From assembly GCA_048940445.1 (NCBI GenBank), contig JBHLON010000008.1, positions 23,134-87,133 on the forward strand: a stretch of 64,000 nt of DNA, given 5' to 3'. This stretch comes from Promethearchaeota archaeon. GTDB lineage: Archaea; Asgardarchaeota; Lokiarchaeia; Sigyniarchaeales; SOKP01. Made by a program: the position numbers and the translations under genes. The stretch's first letter is position 1. Each line of letters starts with the position of its first letter. Of this stretch, positions 51,044 to 60,551 are shown in pieces. The notes below the pieces were generated by a model. The model did not search any database, was not told the origin of the DNA, and worked only from the letters and a program-made list of their open reading frames with translations.

Positions 51044-51175
51044 AGCCTCTGGGGGGATTTTCAGATATACTTGAAACAGATATACTCACTTGAACCCCCG
51101 GCCTATTCTTCCGAAAGGATTATTTCCAATTCGACTGATTACGAATCAGTTGCTCTACCACTAAGCCACAGAGGC
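51044..51175 (-). tRNA. tRNA-Thr(CGT) with two non-canonical introns (~29 nt near 43-45; 31 nt at 59/60, 51058-51088)
   Basis: Acceptor GCCTCTG/CAGAGGC, anticodon arm ACTGA-TTCGTAA-TCAGT; 132 nt versus 72 nt mature. Confidence 0.88.
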
Positions 51176-51226
51176 AATATATCTAACTAATTAAATATAA
51201 ATTTTAGAAATAATAAAATTTTTCTA

Positions 51227-52243
51227 ATGAATAGTAAAAAAGATATTAGATCTCTTGGAGAATTAAAAATAATTAAAAAAATTGATGAAAAAATTCTCGA
51301 AAAAACTAATAAAAGACTAATTCACGATGATAGCTTTTTTTTCACAATCCAGAAGGAAAATTTCCAAGCTAGTCTAGTTTTGAATTCTGATATGTTGGTA
51401 TCTACAACAGATACCCCAAAGGAAATGAGCTTTTATCAGATAGGACGTAAATCTGTTCTAATGAATATAAGTGATTTAATGGTGAAAGGAGTAGAACCCC
51501 GAGCAATTATTGTTTCAATGGGTTTACCAGAGGATATGGGTATCAATATTTTCAATCAATTAATAGATGGTATTATTGACTATTGTAAAAAATGGAAGCT
51601 TGAATATATTGGAGGAGATATTAATAAGACAAAGGAATTAATTATCAGTCCTACTGTATTTGGGTTTAAAAAGCGTTCTGATACAATTTTTAGGAAAGGT
51701 TTACAAAAAGGTGATGTATTAGCAATTAATAATAAATTTGGTTTGACCGGTGTAGGTTTTGATATACTTTTAATTAGAGAAGGTGCCCTAGATAGTTTTC
51801 CACGTTATAAGAGATCCATATTAAGTGTTTTAGAACCAGCAGATCCTGGTAATGAAGGGTTTATTTTGGCCAATAATGGTTTGGCTACTTCAAGTATAGA
51901 TTCATCAGATGGGTTAATTAAATCTTTAAGAGATTTAATGTTCTCTAATCCTCATTTAGGATTTGAAATCATGGATAATGAAGATTTAATAGATGAGGAG
52001 GCACTCATTTATTCTGAAGAATTTAATGTTCCTTTAGAACAACTAGTATTTGAAGGAGGCGAGGAATTTATTCAAATTTTTACAATAGATACTAATAATT
52101 TTGAAAAAGCTCAAAGAAAGGTCAAAGAAAGAGGAGGTCAATTATTTAAAATAGGAAGAGTCATTTCTGAAGAGAAAATATATTTTAGAAAGAGTAATAT
52201 CAAACTTGAGCTAAAAAGTCATGGTTTTGAGCACTTTATATAA
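51227..52243 (+). CDS. thiL: Thiamine-monophosphate kinase
   Basis: GEL, DD, SDMLV, NISDL, GGD, DSSDG, GGEEF. Confidence 0.9.
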   Translation: MNSKKDIRSLGELKIIKKIDEKILEKTNKRLIHDDSFFFTIQKENFQASLVLNSDMLVSTTDTPKEMSFYQIGRKSVLMNISDLMVKGVEPRAIIVSMGLPEDMGINIFNQLIDGIIDYCKKWKLEYIGGDINKTKELIISPTVFGFKKRSDTIFRKGLQKGDVLAINNKFGLTGVGFDILLIREGALDSFPRYKRSILSVLEPADPGNEGFILANNGLATSSIDSSDGLIKSLRDLMFSNPHLGFEIMDNEDLIDEEALIYSEEFNVPLEQLVFEGGEEFIQIFTIDTNNFEKAQRKVKERGGQLFKIGRVISEEKIYFRKSNIKLELKSHGFEHFI

Positions 52244-52342
52244 ATTGAAAAACTTCACGGAAAAAATTTTATATCATTGTATATTTGTAAAATTGTATTT
52301 GAAGTTTAAATAGATAATTAATCTCTTGGTAAAATTTTGTTC

Positions 52343-52445
52343 GGGCTATTAGCGCAGTCAGGTAGCGCAGCAGGCTTTTAACCTGAAGGTCGGGGGTTCA
52401 ATAAACGTTCCATTTCGGATAGTTCTGAAAATCCCCCATAGCCCG
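52343..52445 (+). tRNA. tRNA-Lys(TTT) with 29-nt T-loop intron (52403-52431, position 59/60)
   Basis: GGGCTAT/ATAGCCC acceptor, CTTTTAA loop; BHB helix TTCA/TGAA. Confidence 0.9.
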
Positions 52446-52541
52446 CTATTTTTTCTCCTTTTTCTGCTATTGATAGAAATTTTAAATATAATAAAATAGA
52501 TAAAATAAAATTTTACTGTATTCTAATTTATTTATCAAAAA

Positions 52542-53585
52542 TTGGTATTTAACTATCTTAAAATGGAAAATTCCAAGTGTTTCTTACCATCTGATGAAGC
52601 CGAGCAACTTTTAGTTAAGTCTCAAGATAATCCAAATTATGCTTATGGTTGTGATCCAGAAAAAAGGAAAATTGAGGATTTACTTCAGTATGGAGTCATT
52701 AATTTAGATAAACCTAAAGGTCCAACAAGTCATGAAGTAGTTTCTTGGGTTCGTAAAATTATGGATATTTCTATTGCTGGTCATGGAGGAACCTTAGATC
52801 CTAAAGTCAGTGGAATACTTCCATGTGCTCTTGGAAAAGCAACTCGTGTTTTAGGTGCTTTATTAGATGCAGGTAAGGAATATGTAGGGATAATGTATTT
52901 ACATAAATCTGAGTTAAAGCAAAAGATTGAAAAAATATTTAGAATTTTCACTGGAAAGATTTATCAAACCCCACCCTTGAAATCCTCAGTTGTTAGGAGA
53001 TTAAGAATAAGAGAGATATATTATTTTAAGGTGATTGATGTAAATGAAAATTTTGTTCTCTTTAAAGTCGGCTGCGAGGCAGGAACTTATATACGTAAAT
53101 TGTGTTTTGATGTGGGTGAAGCATTATGTTCAGGAGCTCATATGCTTGAACTAAGACGAACAAGAGTGGGCAACTTTCAGGAGGATAAAAGTCTTGTTAC
53201 CTTACAAAATGTTAAAGATGCATTCACTATTTACCAATCTGAGGGTGAAGAATATTATTTGAGGAAAATTGTTTTCCCAATGGAGAGAATGGTTTCACAT
53301 ATCCCTAAAATATTTGTTAGAGATACTGCTGTTGATGCTATATGTCATGGAGCTGACCTTGCTGCTGCAGGAATATGTTATATCGATGCTAGAATAAAAA
53401 TTGGCGATTTAGTGGCTTTAATGACTCTTAAAAAAGAATTAATTGGGTTTGGAATCGCTAAAATGAATGCAATGAAAATATATAAAGCAAAATCAGGGAT
53501 TATGGTAAAAACTGATAAAGTATTTATGGAACGCGGTATTTATCCTCACTGGAGCGAATCAAAAGAGAAAAGAACTCAAAAATGA
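52542..53585 (+). CDS. cbf5: H/ACA pseudouridine synthase Cbf5
   Basis: LDKPKGPTSHEV, GHGGTLDPKVSG, CEAGTYIR, LRRTR, PUA domain. Confidence 0.96.
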   Translation: MVFNYLKMENSKCFLPSDEAEQLLVKSQDNPNYAYGCDPEKRKIEDLLQYGVINLDKPKGPTSHEVVSWVRKIMDISIAGHGGTLDPKVSGILPCALGKATRVLGALLDAGKEYVGIMYLHKSELKQKIEKIFRIFTGKIYQTPPLKSSVVRRLRIREIYYFKVIDVNENFVLFKVGCEAGTYIRKLCFDVGEALCSGAHMLELRRTRVGNFQEDKSLVTLQNVKDAFTIYQSEGEEYYLRKIVFPMERMVSHIPKIFVRDTAVDAICHGADLAAAGICYIDARIKIGDLVALMTLKKELIGFGIAKMNAMKIYKAKSGIMVKTDKVFMERGIYPHWSESKEKRTQK

Positions 53586-54211
53586 ATAATAAAAATCAAC
53601 ATTATTTCAGTCCTTTTCCAGATTCAAAAATCAAATTTCATTCCATTTCAGTAACTTTGAGAAGACACTTATATCTTTTTAAAACTATTTCCGGGGTATT
53701 CTCTTATAAAAAATTAGATTTAGGTACAAAAATATTAATTGAAAATATGATTATTCCTCAACAATCTACTAATTTGATGGACTTAGGGTGTGGATACGGT
53801 GCAATTGGGATAGTATTAGCCCGTGAATCTCCTTTGAGTAAAATTTATTTAATTGATATAAATAAAAGAGCTATTTGGTGTACCAAGGAAAATATAAAAA
53901 TTAATATACCTGAAAGCAAAAATCGCGTTTTAGTTATGCAAGGTAGCTATCTTAAACCAGTAAAAGGCAGAGAGATAATGTTTGATGGAATTTACATGAA
54001 TCCTGCCCTAAGGCAGGGAAGAAAGTCATTCTTAACTCTTCTTAGTAAGGCTATTTTATATTTAAAATCAGAAGGTACTTTTCAATTCGTAATAAGAAGG
54101 AAAATGGGAGCAGATTATATTTTAAACTATTTAAAAAACCATTTTTCTAAGGAATCTATCGAAATAATCTGTAAAAAAAGTGGATATTGGGTTTTTAAAT
54201 TTATTAAATAA
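53582..54211 (+). CDS. Class I SAM methyltransferase (RsmC/MTS-like)
   Basis: GVFS..LDLGT, DLGCGYG, NPA. Confidence 0.88.
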   Translation: MNNKNQHYFSPFPDSKIKFHSISVTLRRHLYLFKTISGVFSYKKLDLGTKILIENMIIPQQSTNLMDLGCGYGAIGIVLARESPLSKIYLIDINKRAIWCTKENIKINIPESKNRVLVMQGSYLKPVKGREIMFDGIYMNPALRQGRKSFLTLLSKAILYLKSEGTFQFVIRRKMGADYILNYLKNHFSKESIEIICKKSGYWVFKFIK

Positions 54212-54313
54212 AATTTAAAATAACTAAATATTAAATGATCCCATATAAATTAGTAAAATTTTTTAGAAATCTCGCACTTTTATTATTAATTTGCTAGACA
54301 AGAGGATTTTTTC

Positions 54314-54571
54314 TTGACAAAAAAACGTAAAATTGATGTTTTACTTCATGAGCTAGTTCCTAAGCACCAACTTCTAACTAAAGAAGAATCACAGAAACTC
54401 TTAGAAACATACCAAATCGGGGTAATAGATCTACCCCAAATGTCTGAAAAAGATCCAGTTGCAATTGCTATTGGAGCAAAAGAGGGGGATATAGTTAAAA
54501 TCATACGGAATTCTCACACAACTGTAAAACAAATTAATTATTACAGGTATGTCACAAAAGAAAAAGTCTAG
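54314..54571 (+). CDS. rpoH: RNA polymerase subunit Rpo5 (H)
   Basis: HELVPKH, LP, DPVA, GDIVKIIR, YYRYV. Confidence 0.96.
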   Translation: MTKKRKIDVLLHELVPKHQLLTKEESQKLLETYQIGVIDLPQMSEKDPVAIAIGAKEGDIVKIIRNSHTTVKQINYYRYVTKEKV

Positions 54572-54610
54572 TTACGTATTATTTTATATCGAAAATTAGT
54601 AAGGAGTTAA

Positions 54611-57600
54611 ATGAAGTTGACTTCCGAGTATTTATCTAATTCTGATAAATGGGTTGTGTTAAAAAGTTTATTCGATGAAAAGGGATTAGTTCGTCAGCAT
54701 TTGGATTCATATAATAATTTTATTGAGTATGAGATGCAAGAAATTGTTGATGAATCAGGTGAAGTTATTCCAGATATCCCAGGATTTAAGATAAAATTTG
54801 GTAAAATAAAAGTGGGAGTCCCTAAAGTCAGAGAAGCTGATGGTGCTACAATGGAAATAACTCCAATTGAAGCTAGGATTAGGGAATTAAGCTATGCGGC
54901 AGATATAACCTTAGAAATGACTCCAATCACTATTGACGAACGGACTCAAAGGGAAGAAGCTGAAGAAACCTTAGAAATTTACATTGGAAAAATCCCTATA
55001 ATGCTTAAAAGTTGTAGATGTCCTTTGGAAAGTCTTTCCGAACAAGAACTCATAAATCGGGGTGAAGATCCTCTTGATCCGGGAGGATATTTCATTATAA
55101 ATGGAACCGAACGTGTTCTAGTTACTCAAGAAGATTTAGCACCAAACAGGATTCTTGCTGAAGAAGCTAGTAGAAGTTCTAGTGCAACTCATCAAGCAAA
55201 AGTATTTTCAACTCGAAGTGGTTTCCGAGCGCCAGTTACCATTGAGAGAAAAAAAGATGGTAATTTAAGAGTATCATTCCCTTCTGTTCCTGGTAAGATT
55301 CCTCTAGCAATTCTTATGCGAGCTTTAGGGCTGCATTCAGATAGAGAAATTTTTGAAGCAATATCTGAAAATGAAGAAATTCAGAAAGAATTAATCCCCG
55401 TTATAGATGTTGCTTCCGAAATTCAAGTACTCAAAGATGCTGAAAAATCTCAGCAAAATGCTTTGGATTATATAGGAAAAAGAGTTGCAATAGGTCAAAC
55501 TAAGGATTACCGTATCCGACGTGCACTTCAAGTATTAGATAGATATCTTTTGCCACATATTGGTAATATAGAAGAAGATAGAATAAAAAAAGCTTATTAT
55601 TTAGGTCAAATGGCCCAAAAAGTTATGGAACTTGCTTTAGGTTTGAGGGAGCCAGATGATAAAGATCATTATGCTAATAAAAGACTGAAACTGGCTGGAG
55701 AATTATTTACATCTTTATTTAGAGTAGCTTTCCTAAATCTAGTAAAAGATATTAAATATCAATTGGAAAGAACAGCAGTAAGAGGACGAGCCCCTAATAT
55801 AAAAACAGCAGTAAGAGCAGATGTTATAACTGAAAGAATAAGGCATGCATTAGCTACAGGAAACTGGGTGGGAGGAAAAGCAGGAGTTAGCCAATTATTA
55901 AATAGAACTAACCATGTTGGCACATTAAGTCATTTAAGGAGAGTTATATCTCCATTAAGTCGAAGTCAGCCACATTTTGAAGCTAGAGATTTACATCCTA
56001 CGCAATGGGGAAAAATTTGTCCTGCGGAAACCCCCGAGGGCCCGAATTGTGGTTTGGTAAAAAATTTAGGACTAGCTTCTATTATTTCAGTCGGTGCTGA
56101 CGAAAGAATTATAGAGAATATTCTTATTGATTTAGGAGTAATTCCGATAAATGAAGTTAAGAACGTTAGAGGTTCAAAAGTCAAGGTATTTTTAAATGGT
56201 AAACTAGTAGGGATCCACCAAAAACATAATCCTTTTATTAACCAACTCAGAGAAAAGAGAAGGAAAGGTGAAATTGGTCAGCATGTAAATATAGGATATT
56301 ATCACGATTCACGAGAGATACAAATTAATTGTGATGCTGGAAGAGCAACTAGACCTTTATTTGTTATAAAAAATAAACAACTTTTAATCGCAAAAGAAGA
56401 TATTGAGAAGCTGAGACAAGGGAAATTTTTATGGTCAGATTTAATCCAGAAAGGTGTGATTGAATATTTAGATGCTGAAGAAGAAGAAAATGCATATATA
56501 GCTATGTTTCAAGAAGATATTACTGCTGAACATACTCATATGGAGATTTCACCCGCTGCAATTTTAGGAATATGTGCTTCTATAATTCCATTTCCTGAAC
56601 ATAATCAATCTCCCAGAAACACTTATGAAGCGGGTATGGTAAAGCAAGCATTAGGTTTATTTGCTGCTAATATGCATTTAAGACTTGACACACGAGGACA
56701 TACTCTTCATTACCCTCAACAGCCTCTAGTCAAAACCAGTCCAATGGAAATTATTGGGATAAATAAAAGACCTGCAGGACAAAATTTTATAATTGCTATG
56801 ATGAGTTATGAAGGTTTTAATATTGAAGATGCTATAATTATAAATAAAGCGTCTATAAATCGTGGTTTAGCAAGAAGTCATTTTTTTAGAACATATGATG
56901 CTGAAGAAAGGAAGTATCCTGGAGGAGAGGTCGATAAATTTGAAATCCCAGAAAGAGGGGTAAGAGGATTCAAATCAGCAGAATCATATCGATTATTATC
57001 TGAAGATGATGGAATAATAGAACCTGAGACTACTGTCAATGGAGGAGACGTATTAATTGGTAGAACATCTCCACCAAGATTTATCAAATCCTATGAAGAG
57101 TTTGAGTTAATGCAGCCTAATAGAAGAGAGACTTCTAAAAACATGAGACATAATGAAAAGGGAATAGTAGATACTGTAATAATTTCAGAAACTGTAGATG
57201 GCAACAAACTTGTAAAAATTAAAGTTAGAGATCTAAGAATTCCAGAATTAGGAGATAAATTTTCTTCTCGTCATGGTCAAAAGGGAGTCCTCGGGTTAAT
57301 CCAACCTCAAGAAGATATGCCATTCACTTCTTCGGGTGTTATTCCTGATATCATTGTGAACCCTCATGCTATGCCTTCCAGAATGACATTGGGACAATTA
57401 TTCGAGGGAATTAGTGGAAAGATAGCAAGTACAACTGGTAAACTTGGAGACGCAACCGCTTTTGAATGGAAAGATATCACTAAACTGCAGGAACAATTAG
57501 TGGAAGCCGGTTTTGAGTTCAATGGAAGAGAGGTCATGTATAATGGGATTACCGGTGAAAAATATGAAGCTGGGATTTATTGTGCTCCAATTTATTACCA

Positions 57601-57988
57601 AAAATTATATCACCTTGTAGCAGATAAACTTCATGCTAGGGCTAGAGGTCCCGTTCAAATATTAACTAGGCAACCAACAGAAGGTCGTGCACGCGAGGGA
57701 GGATTACGTTTTGGAGAAATGGAAAGAGACTGTTTGGTTGGTCATGGATCTGCATTATTATTGAAAGAGAGATTACTGGACGAATCTGATAAGACTGTAA
57801 TTTTAGTTTGTGAAAAATGTGGGTTACTAGCGACATATGATAGGAATAGGGATAAACGATATTGTCCTGTTTGTGGGGAGGGAACTATGATTTCTAAAGT
57901 TGTATGTTCCTATGCATTTAAATTACTTCTACAAGAAATGATGAGTCTAGGATTGGCACCAAGACTTAAATTGAAAGAAAAAATCTAA
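54611..57988 (+). CDS. rpoB: RNA polymerase subunit Rpo2 (B), unsplit
   Basis: QHLDSYN, GGYFIING, ETPEGPNCG, GDKFSSRHGQKG, GGLRFGEMERD. Confidence 0.98.
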   Translation: MKLTSEYLSNSDKWVVLKSLFDEKGLVRQHLDSYNNFIEYEMQEIVDESGEVIPDIPGFKIKFGKIKVGVPKVREADGATMEITPIEARIRELSYAADITLEMTPITIDERTQREEAEETLEIYIGKIPIMLKSCRCPLESLSEQELINRGEDPLDPGGYFIINGTERVLVTQEDLAPNRILAEEASRSSSATHQAKVFSTRSGFRAPVTIERKKDGNLRVSFPSVPGKIPLAILMRALGLHSDREIFEAISENEEIQKELIPVIDVASEIQVLKDAEKSQQNALDYIGKRVAIGQTKDYRIRRALQVLDRYLLPHIGNIEEDRIKKAYYLGQMAQKVMELALGLREPDDKDHYANKRLKLAGELFTSLFRVAFLNLVKDIKYQLERTAVRGRAPNIKTAVRADVITERIRHALATGNWVGGKAGVSQLLNRTNHVGTLSHLRRVISPLSRSQPHFEARDLHPTQWGKICPAETPEGPNCGLVKNLGLASIISVGADERIIENILIDLGVIPINEVKNVRGSKVKVFLNGKLVGIHQKHNPFINQLREKRRKGEIGQHVNIGYYHDSREIQINCDAGRATRPLFVIKNKQLLIAKEDIEKLRQGKFLWSDLIQKGVIEYLDAEEEENAYIAMFQEDITAEHTHMEISPAAILGICASIIPFPEHNQSPRNTYEAGMVKQALGLFAANMHLRLDTRGHTLHYPQQPLVKTSPMEIIGINKRPAGQNFIIAMMSYEGFNIEDAIIINKASINRGLARSHFFRTYDAEERKYPGGEVDKFEIPERGVRGFKSAESYRLLSEDDGIIEPETTVNGGDVLIGRTSPPRFIKSYEEFELMQPNRRETSKNMRHNEKGIVDTVIISETVDGNKLVKIKVRDLRIPELGDKFSSRHGQKGVLGLIQPQEDMPFTSSGVIPDIIVNPHAMPSRMTLGQLFEGISGKIASTTGKLGDATAFEWKDITKLQEQLVEAGFEFNGREVMYNGITGEKYEAGIYCAPIYYQKLYHLVADKLHARARGPVQILTRQPTEGRAREGGLRFGEMERDCLVGHGSALLLKERLLDESDKTVILVCEKCGLLATYDRNRDKRYCPVCGEGTMISKVVCSYAFKLLLQEMMSLGLAPRLKLKEKI

Positions 57989-58047
57989 TTTGATTTTTTA
58001 CTTTTTTAAAATTAAAAAAAAATTATTAATTTTTAACTTTCTTATCT

Positions 58048-58482
58048 TTAACCAAATGGAACAAGTTGATACAATTCTGGAACCAAAGAATAGATTATAT
58101 ATAGGATAAATAATGTAAGTAATGAAATCCATAATGCATGTTCCCATGTAACATCAAGTATAAATTTGGTTAATACTAGTAGTAGTAAAAAGAATATTAT
58201 AGGACCAAAATTTGAAAGAAAATTTACACCAGAAGGCGAAATTGCGGTTCTTATATCAGCAAGACCTTGCCCAATGAAATTAAGTACAAGCATTATTGCC
58301 CTAACTATAATTGGTAGAACTAAAACTCCAATGACAGCCAGAAGAAGTATCATAAACTTTTTATCAGAGGCTTTTGTTTTGGATACAACAACAAGTACAG
58401 CAATATAAAGTATTAAAGTAACAACGACTATACCTAAAATTAATCCTATCCAAAAAAGAGGTGAATCATATTGAAATAACAT
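58048..58482 (-). CDS. Membrane protein (about 4 TM)
   Basis: Hydrophobic 144-aa ORF. Confidence 0.75.
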   Translation of the reverse strand: MLFQYDSPLFWIGLILGIVVVTLILYIAVLVVVSKTKASDKKFMILLLAVIGVLVLPIIVRAIMLVLNFIGQGLADIRTAISPSGVNFLSNFGPIIFFLLLLVLTKFILDVTWEHALWISLLTLFILYIIYSLVPELYQLVPFG

Positions 58483-58600
58483 TTGGTGTAATCACATATG
58501 ATAGATATTTTGATTAAAATAAGAATAGGTTTCTTCTTTTTTAAATATTAACAATATAACTTTAAGGTGGTAAATAGAAAATATATTGCAGAGATTCTTT

Positions 58601-58828
58601 TTATACTCCAAAATTAAGAAGGAAGAAATGAATTGCAAAGCCTAAAAATACTGCTGCAATAATAATTGCTAATAAAGAGAGCCTAATAGATATTTCTCTT
58701 CCATATCTAGTATATATGATTAAAATTGTAATAGAAATTAATCCTATAATTAAAAAAAACCATGCTAAAATCCATAAAGTTAAAGATGGTGGCTCAAATG
58801 GTGAAATTTGGAAGATTGTAAACAGCAT
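58601..58828 (-). CDS. Small 2-TM membrane protein
   Basis: Hydrophobic 75-aa ORF. Confidence 0.65.
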   Translation of the reverse strand: MLFTIFQISPFEPPSLTLWILAWFFLIIGLISITILIIYTRYGREISIRLSLLAIIIAAVFLGFAIHFFLLNFGV

Positions 58829-59021
58829 TTATATCATATATCTTCTTTTAAAGTTATAATAATCAAATTTTTTATTTTTTTTTAATTTTTTCAAGTTTTT
58901 TTTAAAAATAATGCAAATTCGAATAAAAGCTTTAAATTTTTAAATTTCAACGTTAAAATTTAAAGATATGGACTTTTTATATAGAATTATTAGATCATCA
59001 TAACCATTGTGAAATTTAAAA

Positions 59022-59804
59022 ATGCATTTCATTCAAAAAATTATTCAGACTCCTATTTTAGAAAATCCCGCACAGAACCAAATGTTTGTTCACCGTCACT
59101 TTTATAGATATTCTAGAGGTACATTTACAGGCCCAGCATTAAAGATTTCAAAAACAAGCTCAAAAATAACTTTAAAAGGATCACACGAATATGAAGATTT
59201 AATTTTAGAGTTAGTGACAGAATCTATATCTAATTCAAATGAAAGTTTTGAAGTAAGAGGTAATTTGATAACTGGGAGTGATATTCAAGAGCAGTTATCT
59301 CAATTAGGACTAAATTGGGATCTAAAAATATCCACTGGAAAAACTAAATATTATAAATCAGATATTAAAGAGAAAATAAAGCAAGAAAAACTGTTGGAAA
59401 TTATAGACCCCTTACGAGAAAATAGTTATCTATTACTATCTTTTGTTATCAATCCTAACTGTAAAATTACTACTAAAAAAAATATTCCACAACCGTCCAA
59501 AAAGAAGATAGAAGACGATAACATGAATCAAAGAATTCAATTTTGTACAGGTTATTTAAGTAATACAGAAAAAAATGTAAATTCTACCTTAAACTCTGCC
59601 CTTTCAGACTTTAAGTCCGAGATACATGATAAATGGAAAACAATTTTAATTTTAAATAATTATAAAGTTAAGGATCTGATATTGCCTAAAAATGTGAAAA
59701 ACTCAAGGATGTTAAGAATTATGGCAATAAGAAAGGGAACACTTATGCGTTCGGTCGAAGTCGATGGTGATTTAATAGAGAAACAATATGAGATTGTTGT
59801 TTGA
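59022..59804 (+). CDS. Conserved archaeal hypothetical protein
   Basis: VHRHFYRYSRGTF.GP and AIRKGTLMR motifs; 260 aa. Confidence 0.8.
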   Translation: MHFIQKIIQTPILENPAQNQMFVHRHFYRYSRGTFTGPALKISKTSSKITLKGSHEYEDLILELVTESISNSNESFEVRGNLITGSDIQEQLSQLGLNWDLKISTGKTKYYKSDIKEKIKQEKLLEIIDPLRENSYLLLSFVINPNCKITTKKNIPQPSKKKIEDDNMNQRIQFCTGYLSNTEKNVNSTLNSALSDFKSEIHDKWKTILILNNYKVKDLILPKNVKNSRMLRIMAIRKGTLMRSVEVDGDLIEKQYEIVV

Positions 59805-59891
59805 ATTCATTTTTTTAAGATTTATTTTTAAAAAAATTTAACTTTTAAATTAAATTTATTGATACTAATTAGAGACTAAAAAGGAAAAGAT

Positions 59892-60485
59892 TTGAAAAAA
59901 TTAAGCTCTATGTTGAGGTCATTCTTATATATCATCGGGGGTGACATAGCAATTGAAGTTGGAATTGAGTTGTTAAATTCCGAAAATAAAGATATCACAG
60001 ATGAGGATATCACAGAAAATGTCAAAGAAAGAATAGAAAAGGAAGGAAGAGATATAGATTTCGAACCGGATGATACTGAAATATTAAAGTTAAATACTGT
60101 GCGTAAGACTTTATATAAATTATATAGCGAAAAGTTAGCTCAATTCAGAAGAATTAGAGACAAGTCAACAGGATGGTTTATATATTATTGGTGGCATGAG
60201 TTTGATCTACTTGAAGAAATTTTAATGGAAAAGAAAAAAGTTTTAGAGCAAAAATTGAGAGAAAGATTGCAATTTGAAGAAAATAACTACTTCTTTATTT
60301 GCAAAGACTGTCAATCTTCTTATACAAAATATAATTTTGAAGAAGCATTCGAACTTAACTTTAGATGTCCTGAATGCGGTGGACCTTTACAGGCTCAAGA
60401 TAATGATAAACTAATTCAATTTTTAAAAGAGAAAATAGTGCTCATTGAAAAGGCACAGCTTACATCGATAAATAATAAAGAATAG
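59892..60485 (+). CDS. tfe: Transcription initiation factor E (TFE alpha)
   Basis: TDEDI, LNTVRKTLYKL, TGWFIYYW, CKDC...FRCPECG. Confidence 0.93.
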   Translation: MKKLSSMLRSFLYIIGGDIAIEVGIELLNSENKDITDEDITENVKERIEKEGRDIDFEPDDTEILKLNTVRKTLYKLYSEKLAQFRRIRDKSTGWFIYYWWHEFDLLEEILMEKKKVLEQKLRERLQFEENNYFFICKDCQSSYTKYNFEEAFELNFRCPECGGPLQAQDNDKLIQFLKEKIVLIEKAQLTSINNKE

Positions 60486-60551
60486 AGTTTTTTACTTAAA
60501 GTTTTACATACTTTTGAAAAGAGTTCCAAACGGATATAATTTGGTGTTAAT

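Noticed and set aside
52542-53585. Crenarchaeal-type intron in cbf5
   Set aside because: The ORF is continuous through GHGGTLDPKV; no insert.
60000-60090. About 20-aa insertion in the TFE winged helix as a possible in-frame intron
   Set aside because: Purine-rich, no stop codon, and no hairpin or BHB found.
60521-60540. GTTCCAAACGGATATAA resembling an ORB element
   Set aside because: Single imperfect copy far from cdc6, in a short intergenic gap.
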